DNA from: Takakia lepidozioides
Taxonomy: Eukaryota; Plantae; Bryophyta
Reading direction: 5' to 3'
DNA: 64,000 bases
Assembly (NCBI GenBank): GCA_030704615.1
Contig: CM060732.1
Coordinates: 10,540,001-10,604,000 of the forward strand
The notes under the pieces were generated by a model. It saw nothing but the letters and a program-made list of their open reading frames with translations. It ran no database searches and was not told where the DNA came from. Below, piece by piece: positions 48,101 to 61,701 of this stretch. The translations under genes were made by a program, and so were the position numbers. Each line of letters opens with the position of its first letter. Position 1 is the first letter of the stretch.

Positions 48101-50251
48101 TGTAGTGTGAATGCAGGGGAGTAACATTGAAAATTTTGTTGGGCATCAAATTACGGCATTGATGAAAAAGGGAGTGCCTGGTACTAATGTCGGGAGGGAA
48201 TTACCCAGGCCTACAGGTAATTCCATGGGAACACTATGCTCTTGCTCTGCCAGGACAAAATATGGCTAAGTCATAACATGCGCATTTTTCATCCTTGGAA
48301 TGAATGATTTTCGTCGTGTATGTTTAACCTAGAAACTCGAGCTGAGGAAAACGAGGAGGAAGACGACGGGCAACTCTTCACAGCTGCTGCCGTGGAGTTG
48401 TCAGGCAGGCTGGCTTGGGAACTTACACCTGCGCCATGTGAATCAGCTTGCCTTAAAGCGCGACGTTAAGGGATCTGCTTGGCATTTTGTGCAAGGAGAA
48501 GCGGTGCCTCTTTCTGCGTGGTAATAATCAATTTTGAAAGCTGAGCAGGTGCTAAGAGCGGTGCACTACCGCTGCCGCCATTGTCTTGAAGAGTACAGTT
48601 ATGAGGAGATAGAGCGCAGCAACAGCTGTTGGGGAATGAGAAGTGCAGGCTGGTGTGGATGCGACTCGGGTTATCTGTAATTAAGACTTGTAGTTACCTT
48701 CTGTCTTAGAGCTGTAGGAGCACATCAATCCTTAGGGCAGAAGTACACATGTAGAAGGATAAGGTAGAGGTTGGCAAGCACAAGGATGTTGCCAGCTGAT
48801 GAAGCAAGCCGTCATGACATGATGAGAACTGGAATCAAGATGAGAAGAAGCGTTGAATATGGCTGATGACAGCGATGGTGAGGTGCCAGCTTAGCAGGCA
48901 GAACCACCGCTTCACACGAGTATAAGACAGATAAGTTCTAAGAGTGTTGGCCTCTCTTTTTGGGCACTTAGGAATGACTTTGTGAAGTTTTTGGAACTGT
49001 CTCTTGTATCTGCTGAAGGGGACAGAAATGTGAGGAGTAGAAAAGGCCTTTGAAAATGGAATGAAGACACTGGAATTCAAACCAGGATAGGGTGGAGATG
49101 GATGCACCTGTTGTTACACTGTCATTAGGAAAAAGATAGAGGGGACAAGGATAGCTCACATCAGGGTCAGAATGGTTGCTGTTGTTGTGTTCATTTTCTT
49201 TATTTTCAGTGTCTTCAGCCAGCATAAGCAAACCAGCCCTGGATGTTAAAACAGTGGAGCCAGTGTAGAATTAGCTTGGTGGATAAAGGAGAACAGGGAT
49301 GGTCAGACAGAAACGGATTTGAAGAACTGAGAGGGATGACGTGGATGGGGAAGAAAAGTCAATACTGTTTTGGGGTTTGGATCTGATTTATAGAAGTGTT
49401 CTCAACATGTGAATGACTGAGGTTTGCAATTGAGGAGAAAAAGAGAGCTGTCAGGGTGTGTGATTTGAGATCTGTAGAAGGGTTGTGAAGCACCTTGGCC
49501 AAATAGGATCCACTTGGGGAAAGATAGTGCAAGGACCAGTCACTGGAGAGAGAGAAAAAGAGAAAGACCGACAGAGGGGCAGATCATGTCTTGTAACCAA
49601 GGTTGACTTCAATGATGGATGCACTGGATGCCTGGCTGGATGTGCATTTGCATTGCATCATAGCCATGCTGTTGTGAAAAAGTGAGGAATCCACACACCA
49701 AGGAAAAAGGATTTGAGAGAAAGAAAAAGTGAAAAGGGAGAAGGGTTGATGAGGGATGGACAAATGGAGAGGCAAGGTCAAGAAGACATGAACCCTGAAT
49801 GATCAAACTAGTGGGCCTGCAGTTCATGGCAGATCTGAGCTGTCCACCCACCTAGACCGTGATCTCATTACAAAAAGGGGCTTCCGACGTGTTGCAGACC
49901 AAGGGAACTGCCCACAAGGGCAGTGTTTATCACTGACATAGGGCTGATTGCATCACTGAATACATCGTGGCAGCATAGTTGGTGCTGTACCTGTAGGTAG
50001 AGGATGTTGTGTAAAAGGTAGAACCAAGAGTGAACAACAATTTGACTCCCCATCCATGTCTTCTCTTCCGCTGCGGCGTGGATGAGGATTGCTTGAACTC
50101 TGATCACGAAGGAGCTGAGGGAAACCCACAGCCAACTGACGACAGTAGGACAGAAAAGAAGAACCTTCTTTCTTTTGCTCCGCTTAGAATGGAAGGAAGC
50201 ACAATTAGAATTATACAGAAGGGGATTCACGCCCCTTCTTTTCACACTACA
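48101..50251. mobile_element. 2151-bp insertion in gag with 11-bp TIRs and 4-bp TSD (solo LTR or non-autonomous Ginger-like element)
   Basis: TGTAGTGTGAA...TTCACACTACA flanked by CTAC; removal restores gag KKVDMLPHNTVEEAFEIA. Confidence 0.8.
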
Positions 50252-53200
50252 CTACCCCATAATACAGTGGAGGAGGCATTTGAAATAGCCAACAGAATTG
50301 AGCAATTGGGAATGCTCAGGAGAGATAAGAGGGATGATGATGACTCTGAAGATGAGTCAGATGAGGAAGAAGAGCAAGAGCTCAGGAGGAAGAGCAAGAA
50401 GAAGGAAAAGTTGAAGAGGGACAACTGTGAAAAAAGATTGGAAGAAATCTTGAAAAAGTACGCCATAGAGGCTGCAACACATTGGAGGAAGGGTGTTTGG
50501 TGTGCAAAGTGCCAAAATGAAGGCCATACCACAGCTGAATGCCACATGAAGGAGAAACATTGTACTATCTGTAAAATGGATAACCATTCTACTGAGAATT
50601 GTTATTACAATAGAAGGACAGCTACAAGAGAACCTAGGTAAGTGAGGGTGCATCAAGTGCAACCCCAACCAAGAAGAAACAATGACCAGGACCACTATGG
50701 TAGGCCTGGTGGATATAACAATGGTATGGCAGGAAGAGGTAATCCAAGAGGGAATTACCAAGGCAATCCCAAAGGCAACTATCAGGGTAAGCCAAGGGGG
50801 AATTACCAGCCAGGGAATCAGGATTATAGAAATAATCCCAGAATAGACCAAGGGTGAGGACCCAATGGTGAAGAACTGTGTTACTATTATAACCAGGCAG
50901 GACATCGCAAAGCAGCCTGTCCATTCTGGATCAGACACCAGAATGAGATGAGAGCTCCTGTGAATGAAGGCCCAGTAGTGGCAGCTCACATGGTTATGCC
51001 ATGTTTTGTACCAGAAGTAAGTACAATGATAGTTACCAGAAGCAAAGCTAAACTATTACCTCCAGTGGATGAGGAAGAAGATGTTAATGAAGATGGCAAT
51101 GATGTGCCTGAAGATGATGAGGCATGGAGAGATGAGAAGGAACTGCACAAGGAAGTGGCTGATACCATAAGGGAAATGCAGAAGGATACTGATATCCCTA
51201 TGGCAGATTCTTCTAACTCTGAAAGAGAAGATGAAGGAGGTGAAGATGAAGTGAAGCAAGAGGCTTCACAGGTGCAGGATAATGAAGGGGCTTTGGCTGA
51301 AGTAATATGCCAGTCCAAAGCTGAGATTACAATTGGGCAGCTATTGGCTGTGGTACCCCAATGTAGACACAGGCTGTATCAAGCAATCAATCAGATTGCT
51401 CATGTGACAGAGAATACAGACCTGAACAGCAAGGTGACAAGTTATAATGTGAAACCTGAAGGGCCAGAAACTGTCATGGACTTTGATGATTCCATGTCAG
51501 TAATCCAATTGAGAATTGGAAGCACAGACCTGACTGATGTACTGATAGATGGAGGCTCGGGCGTGAATATCATGACAGACCAATTAAGGCAGAAGCTTGG
51601 ACTGAATAACATGAAACTAGCCCCATTCACAGTAACAATGGCAGATCAAAGGAGTGTACAGCCATTGGGCTTGATAAGAGGAGTAAAGATACACATTCAG
51701 AAGATGATATTTAAGATCATAGTGACTATGTTGAAAATGGATGATGTCATGGAAGCTTACTCCTTATTGCTGGGTCGACCATTGCTGAAACAGGCCAAGG
51801 TATTCCATGACTAGAATTCCCAGTTACTGACTGTGCATGATGGGAAGCACAAGATACAGGTCACCACTAAGAAATCTAGTAGGCTACCTGCTACCAGAAG
51901 ACCTCGAGGTGTCAGAGAGTATGACTGGAGGGGAGGACTTGATGAAGAGCAGGAGGCTACTCTGTTTGCTGCACACCCAGAGAGGGAGCAGGTTGCAGAA
52001 ATGCAACTGGGAGGACTAAGTTGTTTCGAGGGTATATGCTGTGGGGGAAACAAGCAGTTACCCACCACATTTCTATGAAGAAAAAGAGGGAGAAATAGAA
52101 ATTCTAGAGGAACCAGCCACTGTGAGTTTAGAGGATGAAGTAGTGGCTGGATGGACAATCACAGCTGAAAAGCAGGTGAGAAAAGTGAATGTGGGAACTG
52201 AGGAGGAACCAAGAATGGTGAAAGTTGGGGCTGACTTGGAGCATGAATTCTTTCAGGAAGCTAAGAGCTTATTTATCAAATACAAAGATGTATTTGCCTG
52301 GAGCTCTGAAGACCTGAAGGGGATAACCCCTAAAATATGCCAGCACAAGATTGAGTTGGAACCAGGTTCTGTACCAATCAAACAGACAAGATACAGGATG
52401 AATCCCAACTATGCACAGAAGGTTGGAGAGGAGATAAAGAAGCTGGCCGAGGCTAAGTTTATATACCCAATAGAGTATACAACTTGGCTATCACCCATCG
52501 TGATAGTTCCCAAGAAGAATGGCAAACTGAGAGTTTGTGTGAACTATAAGAAGTTGAATGATTGTACAAAGAAAGATCCATTTCCTTTGCCATTCACAGA
52601 AGTTGTACTAGACACTGTGGCAGGCCATGAGATGTACTCATTCATGGATGGCTTCAGTGGGTATAACCAAGTACAAGTAGCTAAAGAAGACCAGGGAAAG
52701 ACTGCTTTTATCACAGACTGGGGTGCTTATGCATACGAAGTCATGCCTTTTGGACTATGTAATGCACCAGCAACTTTCCAGAGAACGATCAGTGAATCTT
52801 TCCATGACTACTTGGATGATTTTATGCAAGTGTTCTTAGATGACTTCAATGTTTACAGCTCTAAGAATGAGCACTTGCAGAAGTTGGAGTTATGTTTGGC
52901 CAGATGCAAGATGAGAGGTCTTGGGCTGAATCCAGAAAAATGTACTTTCTGTGTGAACTCATGAGTTTTTTTGGGATACATTGTGTGTCAAAAATGACTG
53001 CTTGTAGATCCTAGAAAGACAGAGGCTATTAAAGCCTCACCACCACCAAGTAATGTTAAGGCTCTAAGGAGGTTCCTTGGACAAACCAGTTATTACAGAA
53101 GGTTTGTCAGACGATATGCGCAGAAGGCAGCACCATTGAGCAAACTCTTGGAAAAAGGATGAAGTGTTTGCATGGACAGTTGAATGTCAACAGGCTTTTG

Positions 53201-54983
53201 AGGAACTTACATTGTCAGTAACAACTACACCTGTACTGATTAACCCTCATTGGCATATGGTATTTCATGTACATTGTGATGCCTCAGGAGAAACATTGGG
53301 GGCTGTGTTAGCCCAAAATGTCACAGGAAACATAGATTCACTTGTGTATTATGCTAGCAGACTGTTGAACAGTGCTGAAAGGAACTATAGTACCACCAAA
53401 AGATAAGCTTTGGCAATGATTTATTCAGTCAAGAAGTTCAAGCATTATTTGCTGGGAAGAAAGTTTATGTTATATGTGGATCATCGAGCTCTGCTTTATT
53501 TGGTGAACAAGCCTTTGATAAGTGGAACGATAGCAAGATGGCTGATTATACTGCATGAGTTTGAATTCAAAGTTGTTTACAAACCTGGGCATTTGCATCT
53601 TGTGGCAGATCACTTGTCACGCCTTTCAACAAGAGAGCCCGCCACAGGAGTAGACGATCAACTGCCTGATGCAGGTTTATTTGCAGTAGAAGTACAGGGA
53701 GAAGATGACTGGATGGATTGGCAGTGGCCAATCAGATATTATTTGACTCATGGACAGTGCCCACCCAGTTATGGGAAGGAGCAGAGGAAAAGAATAGCTA
53801 TCAAGGCATTACCATACACTATGATAGGAGGAAGATTGTATAAGCTAGGACCTGATGGAGTTCTTAAACGATGCTTGTACCACCATGAGGTAAATAAAGT
53901 TTTGGAAGAAGTTCATAAGGGAGTGGCTGGAGGCCATTTTGGAGAAGAGACTACCAGTAGGAAAATATTACTTGAAGGTTACTGGTGGCCTACCTTGTTT
54001 AGAGATATACACAAGTCTTGTAAGAGCTGTGATGAGTGCCAGAGGCTAGGACCCTTGCAAAGATCTGGGAAGATGGCTTTGCATCCTACAATGCCTACTG
54101 AACCATTCCAGAAATGGGGATTGGATTTTGTTGGACCAATCAATCCACCAGCCAGGAATACACAGAACAAGTATATAATCACAGCCACTGATTATACCAC
54201 AAAATGGGTGGAAGCTAAGGCTTTGAGAGACAACACAGCTAAGTCCACAACAAGGTTCCTATATGAGAACATTATCACAAGATTTGGCTGTCCCCTGGAA
54301 TTTATCAGTGACCAGGGAAGTCATTTCATTAATGAGACCATTGAACTGTTGACTAAGGAGTTCATGATTGTGCACAGGAAGAATACAACCTATTATCCAC
54401 ATGGCAATGGGCAGGCAGAGGCCACCAACAAAATACTATGCACTATCTTGGCTAAGATAGTCAATGCGAACAGGACAGATTGAGATACAAAGTTGTTGAC
54501 AGCTTTGTGGTCATACAAGACTTCATATAAGGTCACCACCAAGTACACACCATTCCAATTAGTTTATGGCATAGAAGCTTTACTTCCAGTGGAATTCTTA
54601 TTACCTACCATGAGAACTGAATGGGGGAGGAGAATGGAATTGGAAGATTCAATTAAAGGAAACATGAATTATATCATGTGGAAGAAGTACGTGCTGATGC
54701 AGTAGATAACATGGCCATAATTCAGATGAAGAGGAAGGATCAGTTTGATGAAGGTAAATTAAAGACTTTTAAGACAGGTGATTTGGTACTGTGGTTGCAG
54801 AAGAAGGGAAAGATTAAAGCTTCTAAGCTTAAATCACCATGGAAAGGACCTTATGTCATACAGAAGATGTATGATAACAACACATCTATATTACAAACCA
54901 TTAACAAAGAGATGCTTGGTAGAGTCAATGCCAATAAGTTGAAGGGATACAGTGGTATCCATGATAGACCATTTTCAGTATGA
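50252..54983 (+). pseudogene. Gag C-terminus, protease, RT, RNase H and integrase (degenerate)
   Basis: Zinc knuckles; LIDGGSG; MDGFSGYNQ; FLDD; HCDAS; GGHFG..CDECQR; WGLDFVGP; SDQGSHF; NGQAE; PWKGPY. Confidence 0.93.
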
Positions 54984-55968
54984 TTTGCATCTTGAAACAT
55001 AGATGCAGTCACAGACTACACCAGTAGCACCAGCGGAGAATGAAGCATTTATCATAAAGCCGCATGTATATGGCCATAGCAGAGAACACAAGTGTTGACA
55101 TAGCCATCACAGCCCACCACAGTCTATTACAACATATCACAACCTACCACAGTCTGTCACAGGCCAACACAGGCGACACAACCCACACAGGTTGCAAGTC
55201 CATAAGGGCAGTGATAGGTGGACACAAGTTAATGTCAGTAAAGTGGCCGGTAAGTGTAAAGACAGTTTGGAAGTCAAACTCGGAAAATGTGTCACGCGGA
55301 CAAAAGGAGACGGGAGGGTGTTTGAATTCAAACACGTGGCCTAAGGGGCAAAGCACTCCGCATTGCATGTACTGCAATAACGAGCGTCATCACACAAGAA
55401 GACAAACAAGGCCGTCAAAGTACCTACCCGGTACATCAGCCAAAACTTATTACGAGCCCATCAATGCATCCAAAGGATAGGTAACGGAACACTTTACGCG
55501 TCCGGAAAAGGGGAACCTTTGCCACATGTGCAGTCCTAGTGGTCATTCCAAGATGAAATATGAACAGATTAGGATGAAAATGAGAAGTTACCTAATGAGG
55601 CAACGGCCAATCAGCAACGTGAATTTTGTGCAAGTGACTCCATTCAAGAAACAAGAACAAGAAACTAAGAAGATTATGAGCGGAAGAATAGGTGTTATCC
55701 CGGACAACCAGTGTCTCGACGGGAGGGGCAATCAAAGCTATAGCTTTGTAGCTATGGCGGATATCATGGACTATACACTAGCTCTACTTCTTACGCAATG
55801 GCGCAATGAATGACAGGTCAAAATTACTTTCTCTCTCATTCATTATTTGCAAGCCCCGCAGGCTTACACCCACTTGCCTGTTCCATTATGTGCTAATCAC
55901 ACTTTCATGCTATATGCATTACAAGCTTTCCTGCAGTTATTCCAAACAAGGCCTTCTTGTTTGTCTGG

Positions 55969-57256
55969 GATGAAGCGAATTAGAGAAATGAAGGATTTAC
56001 GAGTAAGAGCACGACGATCTTACAGAGGCAAACAATCGCCACACCACAGGCAGTGCAGCTGCTGAAGGAGCTGCGGTTGGAGGGGTTGTTGCCCAAAGAG
56101 TGGACTTTGCATCATCGGGATTTGATGATCCAGTTCATCAAGAACTTTGAGCCAAAGACGGGAGTTACCCAGATGAAGGGCGTAGATATACAAGTTACTC
56201 CGCAGTACTTGTAACAGCTTTTTGAATTACCATCTGGTAATGTGAGCGTGGACGAGCACAGGGCAAGATTGCAAGTAGGGGATCTTTTCCAAGAAACGAG
56301 TTTTTTCAGGAACCAGGGATTCACTTGCACCAAAGCCGAGTATCCAGGGTTGAGGGAAATTGGCCAGGTACTAAACATTCTGTTTGCCATGAAACAGAAC
56401 CAACAATATCTAATTAGCAGATCTGTTACGGAGGAGGTTTTGAAAGCCTTGAGAGTAGAGGATGTAGCTTGGGCAGAGATGATGCACAGTGGCCTGGTGA
56501 AGGAGATGAAATGATTACAGACTACTACTGCCAAGTCTCCAATCATTGTGTCTGGCCCAATTATTGCACATATTATCTTTGATTATTGCTTGCTTGATGC
56601 ACAAGAACGCAAGGTAATGGGGGTGTTTGAGGCAGCCACTTGTAACTGCAGTTGAGGAGCAAGGCTCTTCACAAGGTGAAGGAGGATTAGAGAGGCAGCA
56701 CCACTCCAAGAGACAGAGGAGGGAAGGAATTGTAATGGCGGATCCACTTGCCACAAGGAATCCACACGATGATGTTTCCATAGTTCCTGCAGAGGATGGG
56801 ATGCAGCAGCACAATGAGTTATTATTACTGGAAGCACGGCCATTAGAGAGGGAGACATAAGTTACTTCAGTACCACGGCCAGCACAACAAGCTGACCAAG
56901 TTGCCATAGTGGTAACTCAGACTGGGCTTGCTGTTATACCGGAGCCTCTTACTGTGGAGAAGGAGGGATTGGACATCCCCACTACAGAGCAGGTAGTGGC
57001 AGAAATTGAGAAGGGCGATCTTCTCTATGAAAACTCTGGTATAGTCGGAGATCCCATGGTACCAAAGGTACAGAATCAGCCCAAGGAAATCCCTGATGTG
57101 CAGGTTATGCCCAAAAATGTGACAGAGGTTGAAGGGATAAATGACAAGGGTACTGCAGCACCTGTGGAAGATGAGGTTGCTCAGGAACAAGATCTTGTGG
57201 GATCACGGCCTGATTGGTTTGTGAAACATCAAACTGTGGAGAATCAGGAAGAATAG
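55969..57256 (+). pseudogene. 3' accessory ORF of the Gypsy element (plant-transposon-protein-like domain plus acidic tail), with stops
   Basis: ELRLEGLLPKEW..LMIQFIKNF..QLFELPS..VAWAEMM; resembles 27485-28065. Confidence 0.6.
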
Positions 57257-57892
57257 CAGCAAGTTTTCCATGAAGACCCACAGCAGGCCATGGTTATGAG
57301 TTCCATAAGCAGGACTCTCAACCTGTAAATAAAACAAGTAACATAATACAGCCCACAACCCATGACCAAACTAGGTGTAGATGAATCCATGAACAATTTG
57401 GAAGGCAATTAATTCCTTCAGCATGGTTCCTGCCTCAGACCAGCACCGTGCGAAATGGTGATCTTCAATGGGTCGGTTAGTTGGAAGAACTTTAGTCCGA
57501 GTTGCCACTGGCAACCAAATACGCATAATCTGGTAATAGTGTGCCAAAGACTCTGGACTCGGGGAGGTCACTCCCTATCTAGTTTCCCAGGCACGTGAGG
57601 CAAACAGACATTTTCTATGGGGGTATTAATTTTATTTTCTGAATTTTTGGCCACCCTATTATTACATAATGTTGTAATATGGCATATTTTCTTGCAAGCT
57701 ATATTATTTATATTTTATATCAGGCACCCTATATTAACCTGAAAATTAAAAAAAAAAAACATTATGGGGTTGCCATCATTCCTCTCTCAATCTACGCTTC
57801 TTCACTGTCACGCCCTGCAAGCTTCAAAACCTGTGGGCCACAATGCTTGTACCACTGAGCGCACCACCATTTCTCTCTGCTTGTCTAACACA

Positions 57893-58669
57893 ATGCCGCC
57901 ACGAATTGCAGCCGACAGGAGAGAGGGAAGCCTAAGGTTGTTGTGCACATACATCTACGCCCTCTCCGCTGCATGTCCCGAACTGCTTGTCACTGAACGA
58001 CACGTGTCCCTTTAATTTCTCTCTACCCTATATTAGTTTTAATATTTTTTGAAAATACGTCTTTATTTTGGACATTGGACGTTACCTCCAGTTCCACCAC
58101 ACACATATCTGTATGATGTAAGGATCATGCTTAAGAAGGATCCCCAACTCCGTTCTTGGTTTACTTTTGTTCTGGAGAACTTGGCCAAGGAGAACTTGGG
58201 TCTTGATCACATTTTTCCCAAGGGGCATGAAGCCAGGAAGTGGTTACACTTCTCCAAAGTCATTGGCACACCACTCAGCTATACAGATGATAAGCTGCGG
58301 GCATACACTAATCTTGCCCGAAAGAGGTTGACGCAAGTCTTACAGTATAAGCTTCCAGACATGGTGGGCATACACTGTATGCCAGTTAGGATTCCTGAGA
58401 AGTCACAGAAGGTCAGAAAACAGTATGGCCAATGGGGGGAAGATGATTCGGATACTACTGGTTCTGTGGACGGGAATTTTGACATGACTGAGGATTATGC
58501 GATACAAATGGCGGAGAAGAAATGCCGGGGATCTCCTATGCCTGAAAAGTTACCTCCATATCAGCCTAAGGCAGGGCAGTCAGGTCCATCTAGTCGACAG
58601 TCATCCCCACCAGCCAGCGACATGGCTCGGGCTCATATACCAAGCCCTCTGAGGGAATCTCACCGGTAG
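57893..58669 (+). CDS. Second 3' extra ORF, possibly two exons (57893-57936, 58123-58669); unknown function
   Basis: Open frame 58049..58669; a phase-2 splice gives MPPRIAADRREGSLRIMLKKDPQ; acceptor is weak. Confidence 0.4.
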
Positions 58670-58749
58670 AAGGGTGCTCGTTCATAAAGGTTTGCTGATC
58701 CTAAGCAGTAAACCGTGAGGACACGGCTTTTTGAGAGGGGGAGGGATAA

Positions 58750-59645
58750 TGTTAGAGGGCTATCTGGGACTTAGATAGTTTTACGGATTCTGTGGGGTAC
58801 CTTTAATTTTGCACAGACCTGTAGGTGGTAGACTCAGACCAACACAAGCCTTAGGGGCGACAGACAGGCTCACACAGTCAACAGTCACAGGCTTACACAG
58901 CCTATCTTAGCCTTACACAGCCTATCACAGCCTGACACAGCCTGACACAGTCTGACACAGCCCGACACTGCGTGACACAGTCAGTCACAGCTTGGCACAG
59001 TCCGTCATAGCATTCACGGGGAATGGTTATCATTGGTAGGGAACGACTGTGTGGGAACGACATCTGCAGAGGGAACGCGTTCTGTCTTGAGTAACAGTTA
59101 GTTAGTTAGGCGGTTAGAATAGCTTGCAGGTAGAATAGGCAGAGTAGCGACATGGAGAGGATCACTTCTTGGACATGTTTTCTAGCATCACGGCGGAGAG
59201 CACGATCTTGGGGCACATGGATGGAGATTACACAGAGGAGCAGATACGACGAGATAATGCTTGATACATGCAAGCTGTAGAGATGCACTGTAGAGCAGAT
59301 TAGAGACACCATGGCTTCGGCCTGATACATGATAGATATTAATATGATTCCTATTTCATACTCACACTGTGTAGAGAGATATGAATGAAGCTATGGAATG
59401 AATGCTTGAATAGATGGAACATGGTAGATTACAGAAGCAATCTGATACTTAATCATAGACAGTAAGGTAACTTGCTAACATGAATGCGAGAAGGAATACA
59501 AATAAGAAGCATCCCCATGATACACTAGCTATAGGTCATGATTGATTGTTCTGAGCAGGCTGAGTACTTAGAGATTTCCAACTCTTCTATCTTGGAGTTT
59601 CCACCTCGAATAGCTAAGGGATGGGTGAGTAAAAGCCGCTCGACA
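58750..59645 (+). repeat. 3' LTR
   Basis: TGTTAG...CGACA directly after the PPT. Confidence 0.92.
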
Positions 59646-59884
59646 TCCACAAAAAAATAAAATCATATGGGCAACTCAATCTTCAGAATATATATGGTAG
59701 CACTCTGAATATTTGGCGTTACACAAACTATATGCCACAACCAGCCAACATACTCTAGCAAAACAATGGTCGACAGTCAAATGTCTTGTCTACAAACTAT
59801 ATGAACAAAAACTACACCCAATTGCGACTCAAAGTTAGGTGCATCATTCTTTGCATAACCCAATGAACTTTTGTAAGCACTAAC

Positions 59885-60342
59885 CCATTGATTTGGTTGG
59901 TCCCTGAATCCGTGCAAAGATGACGGCTATGTCTTCAACTGTACTATTCCCAATCCATCGCTTCTGCCCGTTCAGGTGCCAATCCTCGTCGATCTGCTTC
60001 TGTTCATCACTCCCCAACACGGCTGCACCAACACATCTTTGACAAGTCAATGCCACCTCTTAAAGCCACAGACCTGGTAAATGACAATGACGTTGCTTTT
60101 TTTATACACTCTCCCCTGTGAGGACACGTATAAGCTTCAAATACAAACTCAATCATCTCTCAAGCCTTACAACATGAACTTGCAGACAGAATGAAGAAAG
60201 TAGAGGCAACCTGCATACCAATGATGGACATCCACAAGCTCGAATGGACAAGACTGAAGGTGGAGTAGCTTGAATCCAGTCGTGCAATCTCAACACTTAC
60301 CAACACATTCCCCACCACTGACAGCCCTGGACAACCATACCC
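59885..60342 (-). pseudogene. ACX4: Acyl-CoA oxidase 4 fragment with intron and an internal deletion
   Basis: GYGCPGLS..EIARLDSSYSTFSLVHSSL (60219-60342); LGSDEQKQ joined directly to WHLNGQKRWIGNST..IFAR. Confidence 0.85.
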
Positions 60343-60880
60343 CTGCCATGGTGCCTGTACAATTCTTATCAAATACTTTTAGGGGCCAAGAGTTAGCACT
60401 TACTAGAGCTCCTTGTCAGCCTCACCTCCAAAATCTGTGAAATTTCCATGAATCAAAGGTGAAGACAATGGACTACGTATTAGATGTGCAACATGACCAA
60501 CAAGAGTGGATGCCTCGCCTCTCCTCATCACTCTCCTCATCATTGTCGATTGAATCTAAAGGCACCAGATTTCCGTATGGAAGAAAAGTTCTCACTTTCG
60601 TCCTTCCAAATCAATCTGCAGTACAATTAAGACACAAGCTGACTGCAGGGGCGGCTCAGAATACTCCTAAATTGCCAAATAATATGCCCTCCACATTTCA
60701 AGTATTTCAAACAGTTCAATTCTGAACTCACCGGTTCAAATGGTCAGTTTCAACTCCAACCAATAAGGCAACAATGCCCACAACATCACCGCCTGGTCCA
60801 TTTTTATCAAATATACCACCACCACGATGGACGGCTTTCAACAGAATGCTGGCCGGATGGCTACCGGGTGGGTACCCTTG

Positions 60881-61701
60881 CCACTCCGACAAATCCAATT
60901 GATGCAGCAGCTGCAACAGCAGCATCTCCCGTAGCTTTCCGCAACTTGGCAGTCAGAGCGGTTGAAGGTGCCTCTTCTAGCAATCTCTGGTTCCTTCTCT
61001 GCAAGAACACATCAGAGTACCCATTAACTCACATATGATTCATATTTTGCTATATAGGATGGTGGGATGTACGTGGGCACCCAACAAATCGATCAAAGAA
61101 TTTGCCTACTTGCTTGGGTTCCAACTGTAATTTGACAACTGTGCTCAACTGCAATACTATTGCAACCATAGAGAAAAGAACCATGCTTGATTTCCTAGAA
61201 AGAAACAAAATGGTTCCACCAGTCCAAGGTGGATTGCTCAACTTTGCCAACCCTCTAACTAATAGGAAATGGCCTACTTCCACAATTGAGTTCAGGAATG
61301 ATGATTCTCTTGGGTTGGTCTTGGAGCATGCATAGATCTGATTATCAGCTGTTTGGATAGTCTCTCAAGGCTATCCTTGTCAGTCATTATTTCATGGTAG
61401 TGGAAGTATGTCTCCTAGCATACAAACCTCAGTGTGTGACAGTGCACCCTTACTCTTCCTAGGATCAAGTCTCACACATAATCATGATGGAGAACCAGCA
61501 TGAACAGGTTGCTTCCTGTTGGTGCTCACCAGAGGGAATCTAGAACCAGAAGGAAAATTGATTCCCACCATTGTGTTTATTGGCTGTACGAAAATAGGTC
61601 TCAGTTCTTTCCACCACGTTTAAAAACAAAAGATTTAAATACCTAATACTGCAGTCACGTTCACCAAAATAAACCACATTCCCGTGTTTATCAGCCAACA
61701 C
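60881..61701 (-). pseudogene. CAC2: Biotin carboxylase (plastid ACCase subunit) two-exon fragment
   Basis: VLADKHGNVVYFGERDCSI (61643-61701) and RRNQRLLEEAPSTALTAKLRKATGDAAVAAAASIGFVGV (60881-60998). Confidence 0.85.

Larger units (their letters stand above)
45562..59645 (+). mobile_element. Full-length old non-chromoviral Ty3/Gypsy element
   Basis: LTRs 45562-46528 and 58750-59645 (TA/TG..CA); TSD TCTAC/TCCAC; PBS TGGCGACCATACTGGGG at 46531 (tRNA-Arg-like); PPT GAGAGGGGGAGGGATAA; pol with several stops. Confidence 0.93.
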
